This document shows positions 17,698 through 30,606 of a stretch of DNA of 64,000 nucleotides, piece after piece (position 1 is the stretch's first letter; each line of letters starts with the position of its first letter). Under the pieces are notes generated by a model. The model had not been told where the DNA came from, did not search any database, and saw nothing but the letters and a program-made list of their open reading frames with translations. The stretch lies in NCBI RefSeq assembly GCF_009914755.1, contig NC_060945.1. One strand, written 5' to 3'. The stretch is from the human T2T-CHM13v2.0 reference genome, Homo sapiens. Position numbers and translations under genes: made by a program.

Positions 17698-18186
17698 TTT
17701 TTTTTTTTTGAGACAGGGTCTTCCTCTGTCACCTAGCCTGGTGCAGTGTTGCAATCTTGGCTCACTGCAGCCTTGACCTCTTGGGCTCAAGTGATCCTTC
17801 CACCTCAGCCTCCCAAGTAGCTGGGACTACAGGCATGCGTCACCACCCCACACCCGGCTAATTTGTGTGTGTGTGTGTGTGTGTGTGTAGATACAATATA
17901 TATAATGTGTATATATAAATTTATGTATGTATATACATATAAATATGTATATATACATGTATATACATATAAATATGTATATATATACTCACATATCTAT
18001 CTATACATATATATGCATATAGATACACACACACACAAACACACATTTTTTTTGTTTGGGTAGAGACAGGGTTTCTTCATGTTTCTTCTTGTTGCCCAAG
18101 CTGGTCTCAAACTCCTGGGCTCGAGCGATCTGCCCATCTCAGCCCCCCACAGTGCTGAGATTACAGGCATGAGCCACCACACCCAG
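17698..18186 (-). mobile_element. AluJ with (TG)n/(TA)n/(CA)n expansion in its linker (17864-18045)
   Basis: Both arms visible either side of the microsatellite block. Confidence 0.9.
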
Positions 18187-18609
18187 GGGACCTCTTTTGA
18201 TTTTTGAACACAGTACCTGGGCAAACTTTTTTTAAATTTAATTTTAAAATAGAATAAAATTATGTCATTTATTCATCTCTTAGAACTTGGCAAAATTTCC
18301 CACTCAGCTGGGTCACTTGGCCGTGTACTTGATCTTCCTTCCTCCTTTGCCCTGGCCAAGGAGGCTCCAGTCCTGACAATCCCCACAGCCCTTGAGGGGT
18401 GCCATAGTGGGGACTGGTGCCCCCAGCAGATGAGGTGGGTGCTCACCCTGGTTCTGAGACACTGCCTGGACCTCCAGTTACTGTGGGGGCTCTCACGATA
18501 TTTTCGGAAACATTTGAGTCTTCTGACTTATTTTTTAAATGGCTTACATAGCACACCTAGAGGCTGGGAGAGTGCCACAGCAACTAGAGGTATCGGCAGT
18601 GACAGGTGA

Positions 18610-18790
18610 GTGACGGGGAGTCTCAGAACCCAGTTCAGAGTCTGGACTCCACCGCATCCTGGTGGTGCAGACTCAGGCGAGGAACTCAGGGAGTCCGAGC
18701 CTCAGCTTGCTCGCACGTAAAGTGAGGAAAGTTCACCTACTTTGCAGGGTGGTGAACACATGAGCACATGTATTAGAGCTCCCTTCGTAA
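18610..18790 (+). mobile_element. MIR (degenerate)
   Basis: gagcctcagcttgctcgcacgtaaagtgagga...cacctactttgcagggtggtg. Confidence 0.55.
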
Positions 18791-20304
18791 AGTAGTTCAT
18801 TAGCAATCAATGCAAACGGCGATGGCTGCCCTGGGAGGGAAGCCCCCGAAGGAAGGAGCAGGCCCTCAAAGGCCCCTCCAAGGTCTCCTGCCTCACTAGT
18901 CCGTCCAGGGCCTGTGTGGTCAATGGCTGGCCAGCTCACTCCACCTCCTCTCACTCCCAGGCCATCCCAGCATGGGGGGACAAATTCCCTCCCTCTCCCC
19001 TTCACACCGATGACTGGCAGGCCAAGTGCCCCCTCCCTTTGCCAACAGCACCCTGGACTGTTTCTCCCAGGTACCCACCTCTCTGCCTTTGCACATGGAT
19101 TTGGCTACTGATGGAAGCCCTGTTACTACACCAATTGCTGGACCAGGAGGGAACCAAGCTGGACCACAGGGTCTCTGTCTTGGAAATTTGAATTTTGAGT
19201 GCTGGGACTTGAAGATGGAAAACGGTCCCTTCTCCTTGTCCCTCGCCTTCCACCCACCCCACACGTTTCAGTCACTCACCGTCCTTTTCCCACCCACAGG
19301 CAAGTCTGGGCCCCTCCTCTGAGAATGCCCCCACTTCTCTGGGCAGAAGTGCCCCCCCCAACCTGATGCAGCCGCAGTTTGCCTTCTTGGGGTGCCAGCA
19401 GCTCTGACTTCTTAGGTGGCCGATGCCCTGTTGCGTCATGAAGCACTCACTGACATGCGTTGCTTCTTGTCAGTCTGCCTGTCTGTCTCCTGCTCTCTCT
19501 GTGCTCAGGGAGGAATAGGACTGTGTCCCAATTGTCTCCCTGTCCCAACCTTTAGGATATCATCTGGCTCATGGACCCTAAAAACTGTGTTCTGAAGGAG
19601 AAGAGTGTCATGAGATGGCCCATTTGCTCACAGGACAGCAGCGTTACAACCCCAAGACGCCATGGCCCCCATCCCCAAGCAGGGAGTCCCCAGATAGTGT
19701 TGTGAAGGAGTCAACCAGTTCCGGAGATGGAGGCTGAGCTACTGTGAGGTCAGTGGCCCCAGCTGGAGCCAGGCTGCTTAGATTGCAGCTGGAGAGCTGG
19801 TGGAGGGGAGTAGGAGGGACCCGAGTCTTCTGTAGAAAGAAGCCTCTTGTCCCGGGGAGTCAGGTTCCATGCATTCCTGATCCAATGTCCGGTGCTGGGC
19901 GCCAGAGGAAACAGGGATCCTGGGGGTCTGTCCTCATTCTAAGCCCCCAGAGCGAGGGGCTGTAGGAAAACTCACAGAGTTGCTCCCTGGGGCTCTGTGC
20001 CAATGTGGGCAAGAGGCACATGTTACCACTTATCTTGGGATAACTTCAAGGGTCAGAGGAGGGACCCAGCCTGGCTCCCGTCACCTTAGCACATGAGGGT
20101 CCTGGGGAAACCCCGGGGGCAGCTTCCAAATGTGCCCCCAAGATGATGCCTGGATGCGGGAGCCTGCCTTCAGGGCCACAGCCCAACCCTCCACCCTGCA
20201 GGATGCCCTGAGAGGCTCCTTCGCCTCCCCAGAGCCAGGAGGGGCTGGGTGGGTCTGGGGGGATCCCTTCACCCTCCTCTCACTCCCCAGTGCTTCGGGG
20301 CTTG

Positions 20305-20443
20305 CAGAGGTCCAGGTGATTCCGGCAGAAACTCAACCTCAGCAAACTGGAGCTCAAGGAAACAGAGGGGCTTTTGACCTAATTATTCCCAATTGCTTGT
20401 CTCCATCGATCACACTCTCTTGGTAATTGCCCAACTCCCCACT
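20305..20443 (+). repeat. Local duplication B, copy 1 (weaker similarity extends to ~20245)
   Basis: About 15 mismatches in 139 nt versus 23550-23688. Confidence 0.95.
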
Positions 20444-21723
20444 TTGGGGTGGGGGGTGTGTTTCTCAGGGGGCTGCATTCGCGTGGGATAAATGGGGTGT
20501 GGCGCTGAGAAACATGCAGGCCCTCGCTTTCCGCACACTGTGGCCTTTGTGGAGGAGTGTTTTGTTTACTGCCATTAAAATTCAGAGAGCACGACCAGGG
20601 AGCGTGCAGGGCCGTGGGAGGGACAAGGGCTGGCTCCTCAGGGAGAGGCCTGGGCTGATGTAAGCTGAGCGTGGGCCTGGCCCCGGGGGAGTCCCCACCA
20701 TCTGGGCCCAGATCCCACTTACATGGTCACTGGTGTTTGCAAACCCTTGATTCTGTGCAGAAACCCATCCGTGGTTCCCTTTCTGACGTCCATCTCAGGG
20801 CCCTGGCCTCCTGGGCCCAGCATCCAGGGATCCTCCACACTCCCCTAGCTCCACACCTCCCACCTCACCTCACGCTATTCCCCCAAACTGCTTCCCTGCT
20901 CATTATTTCTGAAGGTGACCCTGAGAACGAGCACCTCAGCCCTTGGCCTGATCTTTGCCGGGGCCGGTGTCCCCCTGTGGATGCAGGGCTCTCTCTGGCC
21001 TCCAGGGGACCCACGCCTGCCTCCTCCCCTCAGAGCTCCTCCAGCACCAATGGTCTGCACCCCCTAATTGTGTCTGGAGGGCATCGGCTTCCCCTCATTT
21101 CTGTACCTGACTCCCCAGCCAGCCTGAGGACTCCCGGGGGGACTTTAGGCCCCAGCACTCAACGTCACGTCACACTGGGGCAGAGCTCAGTGTGCATCTG
21201 TTGGTTGATGACATTATCAGGCAGCAGGTGCATTCCAGTGCCATCTACCCCACAGGAATCCATTCCCTTTGAACGGCCAGGCCAGGCCTCCACTGTCCCC
21301 TCCCAGCCTGCCCATGTGGTTCCAATACTGTTGACACTTTGACTCTTGTGTGGCTCCCAGGCTGGTCTATGGAGAGGCTTCAGCCAGCTGCAACCACACC
21401 ACTCCTGGTGTCCGAATCCTCTGTCCCAACAATTGCATGCACTATTGGCTCAAAAAAGCGTTTTGAATATCAAATGCAAACTCAATGGGTTGGGACTCAT
21501 GGGAACATTTTCATCAAATGCTGGAGAACTTACGGACTCACCTTTCCTTTTCTCCACCTTTCTCCTACATTCACCAAAACATTGAACTGATTGGAGGTCC
21601 TGGCCATCTCACTCACTAATGGCAACCCCTCCCAAATGAGTGTCTCCATTCTGGTATGTGAGCCAGTGAGCTTCAATGAACCTCATAACTTCCATGTAAT
21701 AACATCTATGTTCCCTGAAAGCT

Positions 21724-21930
21724 CTGGTACTTAACCAGGGGCAATTTTCCCTCCAGGGGACATTTGGCAACATCTGGAAACATTTTTAATTACACAATGG
21801 GAGGGAGGAGTGCTCCTAGAATTTAGTGGGGAGAAGCCAGGGATAAACATCCGACAATGCACAGGACAACCGCTCACAAGAAAAAGTGATCCAGCCCCAA
21901 ATGTCAATAATGCCAAGGTTGAGAACTGTG
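21724..21930 (+). mobile_element. MER20
   Basis: ggggacatttggcaa...aatgtcaataatgccaaggttgagaac. Confidence 0.9.
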
Positions 21931-22749
21931 CCCTGAATGTATTATAAAGTGTCTTGTAGAAGGTAGTTCTATTTTATTTAACTTGTGATTCGACATCAGC
22001 AATTCTTGCCTGCCCAGGTTGGTCACCCACACCGCCAGAGGGAAATGAAGGGCTAGAGGGGACTTCTAACTTGGAATGGAGACAAAAGGCACAAGACTCC
22101 CACAGCAAATGACAGTAAAGGGGTGCCTGGAGGTCCGGTGCATTTCTGGGAGCCAGTCCGAAGGGAGACCTCCCTTTTAAATTCCAAGCACTCAGTCAAT
22201 CCAACTCACAGGAAGGCTCCAGATGAAAGGCCGATGAGAGATGTGGAAAGAGAGCACTTTTGTTTCTAAGCTTACAGAGAAGGGTGGAGAATTTTTTAAC
22301 TGAGCCAAACCACACACACCTCTATTGGGGCATGAAAAATTTGCGCATCAACAAGACACAATCATGCAAGTGACACGGCTTTTCATGCGAGTCACCCACG
22401 TGGCTCACCAAATCAAATGTGAAAGCTTATTTGTTTTGTGGAAATTCTCAAATAATGGCTCTGCCTGTTGCAGCAGGTAAAACTTACAGTTGAATTGTGA
22501 TAGAGTTTTTTCAACACAGGATTTTTCTGTTTGACAATATTTGAACAGATGGTATGTGGGGCAGCACAGGAAGGTGCCCAACAGTTTCCACCCTGAGACC
22601 CGGATCCCAGTGTCTTCCATGGTTGGCCAGTGTGTACTATATATAGAACTTGGAGTGCTCAAAATCTTGCTTTCTGCATGACTTGTACTCAACTGGTCTT
22701 ATTCCATTTACTTTTCCCTGCATATTTTCCCCTGGCATTTTATTGATTC

Positions 22750-23320
22750 TATCAGGATTACTTTCAGCTGCAAATAATGGCAAACCCAACTAAGAGTGGC
22801 TTAAGCAGTGAAGACAATGACTTAATTATCATTATAGTCACATAACAACAGTCAGAAAATTCCAGGGTTGCTGTCGTGTGGCTCAGTGATGTCATGGAAG
22901 GAGCTTTTTCTGCTTGGCTAGTCACAGTAAGTTAGATTTTCATCTTTAAACTCATGACCTCATGATCAGAAGATGTCTCTAAAGCTGTAGATGCAACAAC
23001 ATTTCAAACAGGAACACATAGGGTGACGAGCCAACTCCCTTTGCCCAAGGCTGAGGGGTTACTAGAAAGTCCCAAGTTAACTGGGACAAGTTGGTTACCC
23101 TATGGCCACCTTTTGTTAGGGAAGAACATCTTCCCCAGAAATTCCAGCATGTTCTCCTTGGTCTGTTGATCCAGAACTAGGTCATATCCTCACCACTAGA
23201 CCAATGACTGGCAAGGAGGCCCAGGATCCCCCTGCTGTGATTCATCCCCTGGGGCTAGAGAAGACCCTCCCCTGGGCTTGCCCAACACTGAAACAGAATG
23301 GAGATTCTATTGGCCAGGAA
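22750..23320 (-). mobile_element. Old MLT1 (K/L-type) LTR containing a MER94-like MITE at 23019-23102
   Basis: tcaggattactttcagctgcaaataatggcaaaccc; MITE ends tagggtgac...gttacccta. Confidence 0.55.
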
Positions 23321-23549
23321 GAAGGTGAGGAACCCAGACATTCGCCAGAGTGCTCATGAAAACAATTAATTTCCCAGTTAGCCAAATCTTACCAACCAAG
23401 CAGATTGTGTGTGTTAGACACATTATTCATTCATTTATTCCTTATTATTTATTCCTTGAACAAATATATGTGCAAGCTCTAGCCTGGGCCAAGTGGGTCT
23501 AGGGGGACCTCCCCCACCCCAGTTCACTCCTCCCACACTGTGGGGCCTA

Positions 23550-23688
23550 CAGAGCTCCAGGTGATTCTGGCAGAAACTCGACCATGGCCAACTGGTGCTC
23601 CAGGAAACAGAGGGACCTTTGACCTAATTATTCCCAATTGCTTGTCTCCATCAATCACATTCTCTTGATAATTGCCCAGCTCCCCACT
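23550..23688 (+). repeat. Local duplication B, copy 2 (weaker similarity extends to ~23485)
   Basis: Direct repeat of 20305-20443. Confidence 0.95.
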
Positions 23689-23835
23689 CTGTTCTTCAGT
23701 TTTTTTGTCAATAAAAAGGAGAATATTATACCTATTTCATAGGATTGTTGAAGAATTAAGTAACTTAATACAAGTAAAGTTCACAGAGTTTGCCTGGCAC
23801 ATGGGAAACATTCAATCAATGTTAGCTATTACTAT
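23689..23835 (+). mobile_element. MIR 3' half
   Basis: cataggattgttgaagaattaa...tgcctggcacat...caatcaatgttagctattact. Confidence 0.8.
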
Positions 23836-23841
23836 AACACG

Positions 23842-24353
23842 TGTGGTAGTTTTTCAAATGGGTTAAAAATCCTTTTGCACTTCTTTCTTTTCAGGTGGGG
23901 GGGATGGAGGGGAGAGTAAATCTATGTTCCTGTCCCTTGAATCTGTGTGGACTCTAACTGCCTTGACCACTGGGATATAGGAATGTGACTTTGAGGCTGG
24001 GTCATAAAAGGGCATACCTCTCCTTCCTTGTTTATGGGAACACTTGCTCTTGGAGTGCTACCCTGAGACCTCCATACTGGGCAAGTAAGATGGAGCATTC
24101 TGCTCCACAGTCCTAGCTGAGCCCAGCCTTCTAGCTATCCCCATCAAGGTGCCAGACATCACAGTCCCTCCAGCCTAACCAACTGGTACCAGCAATGACC
24201 TCCATCCATCAACACCATGTGCAACAGAAGAATTGCCCAACTGAGCCCTTCCCAAATTCACAGCACAAAATTGGGGGCTATAATAAAATGATTGTTGTTT
24301 TAAGGTATGAATTGTTGGAGTTGTTTGTTACACAGCAACAGATAACTGAGACA
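23842..24353 (+). mobile_element. MLT1 (G/H-type) solo LTR
   Basis: tgtggtag start; 3' end gttgtttgttacacagcaacagataactgagaca. Confidence 0.75.
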
Positions 24354-25718
24354 CTACTCCTACAGTTGCTTATTATTACTACTATTATGATTATTCTTAT
24401 TAGTATTAAAAGACTGTGCCACTTGAATCTTGCCCTAACTATTTCTGGCTAATAAACTGCCCTTTAAGAAGCTACAGAAATATTCCTTATGAACTGTTGC
24501 TCCAGGACTTGTCCAGGAAAATGACTCATCTTATGTGATCTGGCCCCAAAGAACATATCAAGCTCAGTGTACAATAAACACTAGCAAGCCAATATTTGTC
24601 TTTTAAAACTCTGAAAAGTTCAAAGCCAAACCAAATGTCAAACTAACAAGCATGCCTCCGATTTTTAAATAAAAAATATAAAACCTAAATTCCTGATTTC
24701 CCCTGAATATAGCAGACGTGCCTGGGAGAGCCTGATTCCTGTAACACACCAGCCAAGGAGGAAAGACGCTAATGGTCTTGTGTTCTTTCTACCTGTCAAA
24801 GTGAAGGAAAACAACACATTGCTTTTAAACAATATTTATGTAACACTCCCCAGAAGCTGTACCTGCTGAAGTAAACTATAACCTTTCTCTCTTTAAACAC
24901 CTTTTACTTGTTATTCAAATAGGAAGTTATTCTTTCAGAATTAGCTACATCTGTCAACCTAGCATTCCTGACTGCCACATAGAACGTTCTTACCATATCC
25001 CATCTCCTCAATAACTTTCTCTCAAGCTTAATTTCCCCCTAGGTTTCATTTATTTTTGTGAACTCCCTGGGGCTTCCTGACAAAAGAAACCTTTAGGACT
25101 GTAGGTAACGGTAGGTAACATGGTCTGCACGTTTAGGGCTATATTTTCTTTTATTAGATTTTTCAACTCAGAGTAAGACAGTGGGACAAATCCACGCTGA
25201 AGGCAATTAGGTTTTTATTAATGGTTCCACAGACCCGACGTTTGTTATAAGCCTTAATGCACCAACTTTCTTGTCTCCTTCATGGGTTTAAAAGGTGTCC
25301 AGTGTGTTCTCAGATGTGTTTTTGTTGGATGGGCATGGGCTATAGCTCTTTGGCAGGAAAGCGTGGGTTGAGTAGACGAAAATGTACTGGATTCTATCTG
25401 CAAAATTCCAAGCACTCACTTCCATTGTTTCCTTATGTGCCATGCATTTATCAGGATGAAACCATCCCCTTTCCTTCACTGATCATTGTTTATAACCGCT
25501 TATCCATGGATGGGTGTTCCAGCTTTCGGCCTTGCCTGAAAAACATGCAGATGATTGCAATCTGCATTCTACCTGTAACTAATCCCATCCACAGCCTCTC
25601 CCATCTGCCACGGACTCTCCTCCCTGCGACTTTTAGTGATACAGAGTGAGGTTAGTCCTGGCTACTCTCCAGCAGAATTTCACACATAAGGCAAGGGCCA
25701 AGCAGAGATGTCCCTTAC

Positions 25719-25947
25719 CCACCCAAGAGAACATGACAGAGAGGGCCACAGTGGGACTCTGGTGGAGGGTAGTTTAAGGAAGAGGAGGGGGCTTCGTTTT
25801 CAAGAGAATGAATTCGACCGATCTGGCCCGAGAATGCATTCCTGGCTGCACCTGTGAGGTGTTCGATGAACAAACTGGCTTTGGGTTTTCCTGGATGTCG
25901 TCTGATCTGAGTGGAATCCAGAGAGGTGCAATCAGGCTCTTGGAAGA
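25719..25947 (-). other. Candidate 229-nt exon (probably non-coding)
   Basis: Minus strand acceptor ccaccatttgctttcAG|TCT and donor TGG|GTAAGG, in non-repeat sequence. Confidence 0.3.
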
Positions 25948-26607
25948 CTGAAAGCAAATGGTGGATTGGATGGGTTCATCTTCACTCTGCTTTTTCATCT
26001 TTTTCAAATTTGCAAACTGCTCTTTGCATGCCACACAGACACAACCATCACTAGGTCCTCTGCTGAACACCTATGGCGGTCCAGGTCCCACCCAGCAGGC
26101 TTCCTGTCAGATTTTCCAGATTTAGCTTCAAAATAGGTCGTATTTATTATGCCCTGCCTAGTTCCAGAAAGGGTTGGAGGCAGCTAACTTAAAAACATAA
26201 TTATGAAAAGCTGATTCGGCTTCTTATTTGGTTAAAGATGTTTTGCTGTAAATGTGAAAAAATATTTTAAATCCTCTTTTTTATTTTAGAGTGATCTTTG
26301 AAGATGATTACCTTATTTTACAAACAGACGTTTCTAATAATTGAATACCATTAAATATCTGTCCAAAAATTTCCTTTTGACCTCAAAATTACAACTAATA
26401 TATAGTGTTTTTGTTTCTTCCTAACGACAAGGAAATCTGATGTCATTGTGTAAATGATGCAGAAGAAATGTTTTGCATGGGCAAAAGTGCACTATCTCAA
26501 GGATTTGGATAAACTTTTATGTCATTGTCCTTGTCTGTGGCACAGTGTGGGGCGGGGGAGGGGGTCCTCTGCTCTGATCCACCCCAACACCCGAATGGTC
26601 TTAGTAT

Positions 26608-26656
26608 TTTATATTATATTATATTATATTATATTATATTATATTATATTATATTA
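26608..26656. repeat. (ATATT)n microsatellite
   Basis: About 9 copies visible. Confidence 0.95.
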
Positions 26657-27188
26657 TTTCATTCAACATTGAGGCACACTGCCTTTTAATTTTTTCCTTC
26701 TGTGGACCACTTGAACTCTCGATTTCCCATGGTTTATTAAAATACCCAAATGTCATTCTTTTACTTCGATTTTATAAATAAACCTTTGGCTGTATCTGTC
26801 AGGGAGGGCTGAATTTACTAATTCTCAGGCCAAACCAGGCTGTGCTGGGACTCAGTGGCAGTTCGTGGCCATGCAGGCAATTCTGCTGGCCTGGTTGTTG
26901 CTGCCGTTTCCTGACGTGCCCTCTGTTCCCTGCCCAAACAACCCTCAGCGTTGGACAGATGAGAGAAAGGAGAAGAGAAATGCTCTCCCGTCTGGTGTGG
27001 AGATAATGCCTGACCACTCATCCTCCTTCCTGCTTTTATTCCGGGTGTAGATGGTGAGCCTGCCCATGGCCCAGTCTTTCACATGGAGCAGCAGGGCGTT
27101 CTCTCCAGTGGGAAGTAGCTCATGTCAGTTTCAATCATTTCCATTCCGGGCATTTTGCAGACCTTGGCTTCTTCTTGAGAAAGGTGAG

Positions 27189-27295
27189 CAGAGATATCCA
27201 GTGCCTCGAGGAGCCCAAAATGCATGATCCTGGTGCCTGTCACAGAGATATCCAGTGCCTCCAGGAGCCCAAAATGCATGATCCTGGTGCCTGTC
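27189..27295 (+). repeat. 54-bp tandem duplication (2 copies, 1 mismatch)
   Basis: cagagatatccagtgcctc(g/c)aggagcccaaaatgcatgatcctggtgcctgtc twice. Confidence 0.97.
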
Positions 27296-27552
27296 CCAGG
27301 TCTTCCCTCCTGGGTAGAATCTTCTGACCCGAATGTGGGGAAGCACAATGACCCCTAATCGCAAAGGAATGTTGGAGGATCATGCTGTGCACTCACTGCG
27401 GAGATGCATGTTTGGATTACGTGTTCTCATTTAGCAGCCGCCCGTTTGACAGGACATACTGCACGCCAGCCCTCTTGTTGACTTAGTTCCTGTACTGGCA
27501 AAGCCAAATAAACTGAGTTTGAGGAAGAGTGTGATTCGGGGGGAGAGGGCTG

Positions 27553-27571
27553 ATTGGTGAGGACAGATTGG
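27553..27571 (-). promoter_or_regulatory. Two CCAAT boxes, possible promoter
   Basis: ATTGG at 27553-27557 and 27567-27571 in repeat-free, CpG-containing sequence. Confidence 0.25.
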
Positions 27572-28004
27572 CGGTGAAGGGGAATTGAGTAGAGCCGTGG
27601 CTGCAGCTGTGAAAGAGGTGGGTGCACCCAAGTTCAACCGCATGTGGGCTGCCCACAAGACTACAGGAGCCTGGGTTCTGGAGGCGCTCTATGTCCCCAG
27701 GTCGAGGGGCTTAATTTACTGTTGTGTTTTGTTTGTGTAACAAAATATGTAATAGTACCTCATAAAACAAAACAGAAAAAGGAATGAAATCATAGGGTGG
27801 TGACTTCTTTCTAAAAAGGACTCCCCATGTTTGGAGCTCTGGGGGCAGGGCATTGTGCTAAGCGACTTTAACACATGGATATCTCTGTGCGGGTGACTTA
27901 GTCTGTTTGTGCTGCTATAACAAAATGCCACAGATGATGCAATTTATAAACAATGGAAATTTGTTGCTCAAGTTCTGTAGGCTAAGAAACTCAAGATCAA
28001 GATG

Positions 28005-28311
<307 letters not shown>

Positions 28312-28433
28312 TCAAGGTGGAAGCAGATTCTGTGTCTTGTGATGGCCCATTCCTTGTAGATGGTGACTTCTGTATGTCCTCGCATGGCAGAAGAGGTGAA
28401 CAATCTTCCTCAGATCCCCCTTTATAAGCTTGC

Positions 28434-28810
28434 TGCTGTGGTTTGAATGTCTCCCCAAGTTCATGTGTTGGAAACAATCCTTAATGCAACAGTAATGAGA
28501 AATGAAAACTTTAAGAGGTGATTAGGTTATAAGGACTCTACCCTCATGCTCATGAATGATTTCACATTATTATCCAGGGAATGGGTTCATTATCAAGAGA
28601 CTGGATTTGTTATAAAAGCAAGTTCATCCCTCTCTTGTTCCCTCTCTTACTTCATCTATGGGATGATGCAGTGAGAAAGCCCTCACCAGAGGTAGTGCCT
28701 TGGTCTTGGACTTCTCAGCCTCCAGAACCATGAGCCAATAAATTTCTGTTCTGTGTAAATTATCCAGTCTCAACTATTCTGTTACAGCAGCATAGAAAAG
28801 ACTAAGATGT
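28434..28810 (+). mobile_element. MST solo LTR nested in opposite orientation
   Basis: tgctgtggtttgaatgtctcccc...tgagccaataaatttctg...gactaaga. Confidence 0.8.
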
Positions 28811-28946
28811 CCCTAATCCCCTTCTTAAGGACTCTGCTTTTATGACCTAATTACCTCCTAAAGGCTCCACCTGTTAGTACTATTGCATTGAGGACTAGGT
28901 TTCAACTTATAAATTTTAGGGTGACACAAACATACAGACCATAGCA

Positions 28947-29715
28947 TTCTGCCCCAGCCCCCCTAAATTCATGTCATTTTCACATGCAAAATACATTAGT
29001 TCCATCTCAATAGCCCCAAAAGTCTTCACTTATTCTAGCATCAACCAAAAATTTAAAGTCCAAAGTCTCATCTAAATTTCATCTAAATCAGATATGGTGA
29101 GACTCAAAGTAGGATTCATCCTGAAGCAAATTGCTGTCCAGCTATAAGCCTGTGAAATCAAGCAAGTTATGTGCACCCAGATACAATATTGGGGCAGGCA
29201 GAAGACAGACATTCCCATTCCCAAAGGGAAAAATGGGAAGGGAGAAAGGGGCAATAGGACTCAAGTAAGTCCAAACAATGCTAAATCTTCATGCTTGAGA
29301 CTAACCTCCGCTGACTGCATGTCCTACCTTCTGGACACACTGGGGTGGGATTTGAGGTCACAAGGCTTTGGGGTGGCTTTGCCCCCAAAGCTTCACTGGA
29401 CCGAGCCCACACTGTAGTTCTCCCAGGTTGGAGTCTCATGCCTGTGGCTCTCCCAGACTGGAATTGCATGTTGATGGTTTCACTAGTCTGGAGTCTAGAA
29501 GGCTGCCCCATTCTCACGACTCCCACTAGGCATTGCCCTAGTGAAGGCTCTCTGCAGTGGGCTTGCCCTGTAGGTGCCCCTCTGAGTTCATTGCATGCCA
29601 GAGACTGCAGGCGGTTCCATCTTTTGAAATCTAGGTGGCGCCAGCCACACCCCCACAGCTCATGCACTCCGCAGCCTGGTGGATGTGAAGGTTTACTGCC
29701 TGTGCTCTCTGAAAT
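28947..29715 (-). mobile_element. MaLR internal region, truncated
   Basis: Follows the LTR directly: ttctgcccc...cacatgcaaaatacat...ccccaaaagtctt...agtccaaagtctcatct. Confidence 0.75.
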
Positions 29716-29718
29716 CAG

Positions 29719-29918
29719 AAGATTCCAAACCCCCTGTGCCAGGCAGTATTATTGTGCTAAGGTGGACTGGAAGATCTACTGGCTCTTATCTTTGGTTGGA
29801 TTATTTGCTAGGGGGCCTCTTGCTTCTCCAGACTACTAACCTCCTGGCTCAAGCACCCACAGGCTTCACCAATGCCCAACCCCATCTAAGTCCTGGAGTG
29901 AGCAGGCTTAGGTGCTTG
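29719..29918 (+). repeat. Local duplication C, copy 1
   Basis: Aligns (~80%) to 38050-38249; shared tggaagatctactggctcttatctttgg and ctggctcaagcacccacagg. Confidence 0.93.
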
Positions 29919-30318
29919 CTGTCGCTGTGGCCAAAGCATACCTTGGCTACAGTGCTGGATAGCACAGATACAGATAAACAAATACCAGGCCAATTTGTTC
30001 TCTTGCTTTTTATTAGGAGAAGAAAGGAAGTCCTTTCTCCATCTGGACATAAAGAACTTATGGAGAAAGACTGGGCTGACCATGAGTGGTAGAACAAAAA
30101 TAAGGCAGAAGAACAGGAAAAAAAAAAAACAAGAAGGAGAAGCACAGAAAAATAAATAAGATGCAGAGTGATCTGTTTATTGGGTTGGTTTCTGTGTAAG
30201 CACACAGCTGAGTGGTTAATACCCAGAACCCTGTGAATTTCCCTCGACTGTGGTGGGGAGGAGAGCACTGTGGTCATCTCTTTCTCATCTGAGGGAACTG
30301 AGGCCCAGAACACAAGCC

Positions 30319-30492
30319 CAGCTCACAGCTAAAAAGTCATGATCACAGGATGCAAACCCTGTCTTTGTGGGACTGCACAGCCAGTGCCTTGAGTACTCTG
30401 CAATTTTACCCCAAAGTTTCAGTAGTGTGCCTTGGGGATCAATTGTGTTTGAGCCAAGGTGGAAATTTTTCTGCTGGAAAAAGTTATGAGTA
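30319..30492 (+). repeat. Local duplication D, copy 1
   Basis: Aligns (~80%) to 40817-40989; shared ctgcacagccagtgcc, caattgtgttt, ccaaggtggaaa, ttttctgctggaaa, agttatgagta. Confidence 0.93.
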
Positions 30493-30606
30493 AGCTACCA
30501 CGGATCCAAAAGTAATTTGCTTTGCATGGTTTTCACCCCAATATTAATTGGAAAAATAAAGCAGGGAACTCTCCTTGTTGCAACAAGAGGCCAGGAAGCC
30601 AACACA

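Noticed and set aside
18551-18605. Plus-strand 55-nt exon candidate (CAG|GTGAGT)
   Set aside because: Acceptor only moderate and no supporting partner; expected by chance
20671-21342. 223-aa ORF
   Set aside because: GTG start, Pro/Ser/Leu-rich GC-biased composition, partly L2-derived, no recognisable domain
27189-27295. CRISPR-like repeat
   Set aside because: Two adjacent copies without unique spacers in eukaryotic DNA; simple tandem duplication
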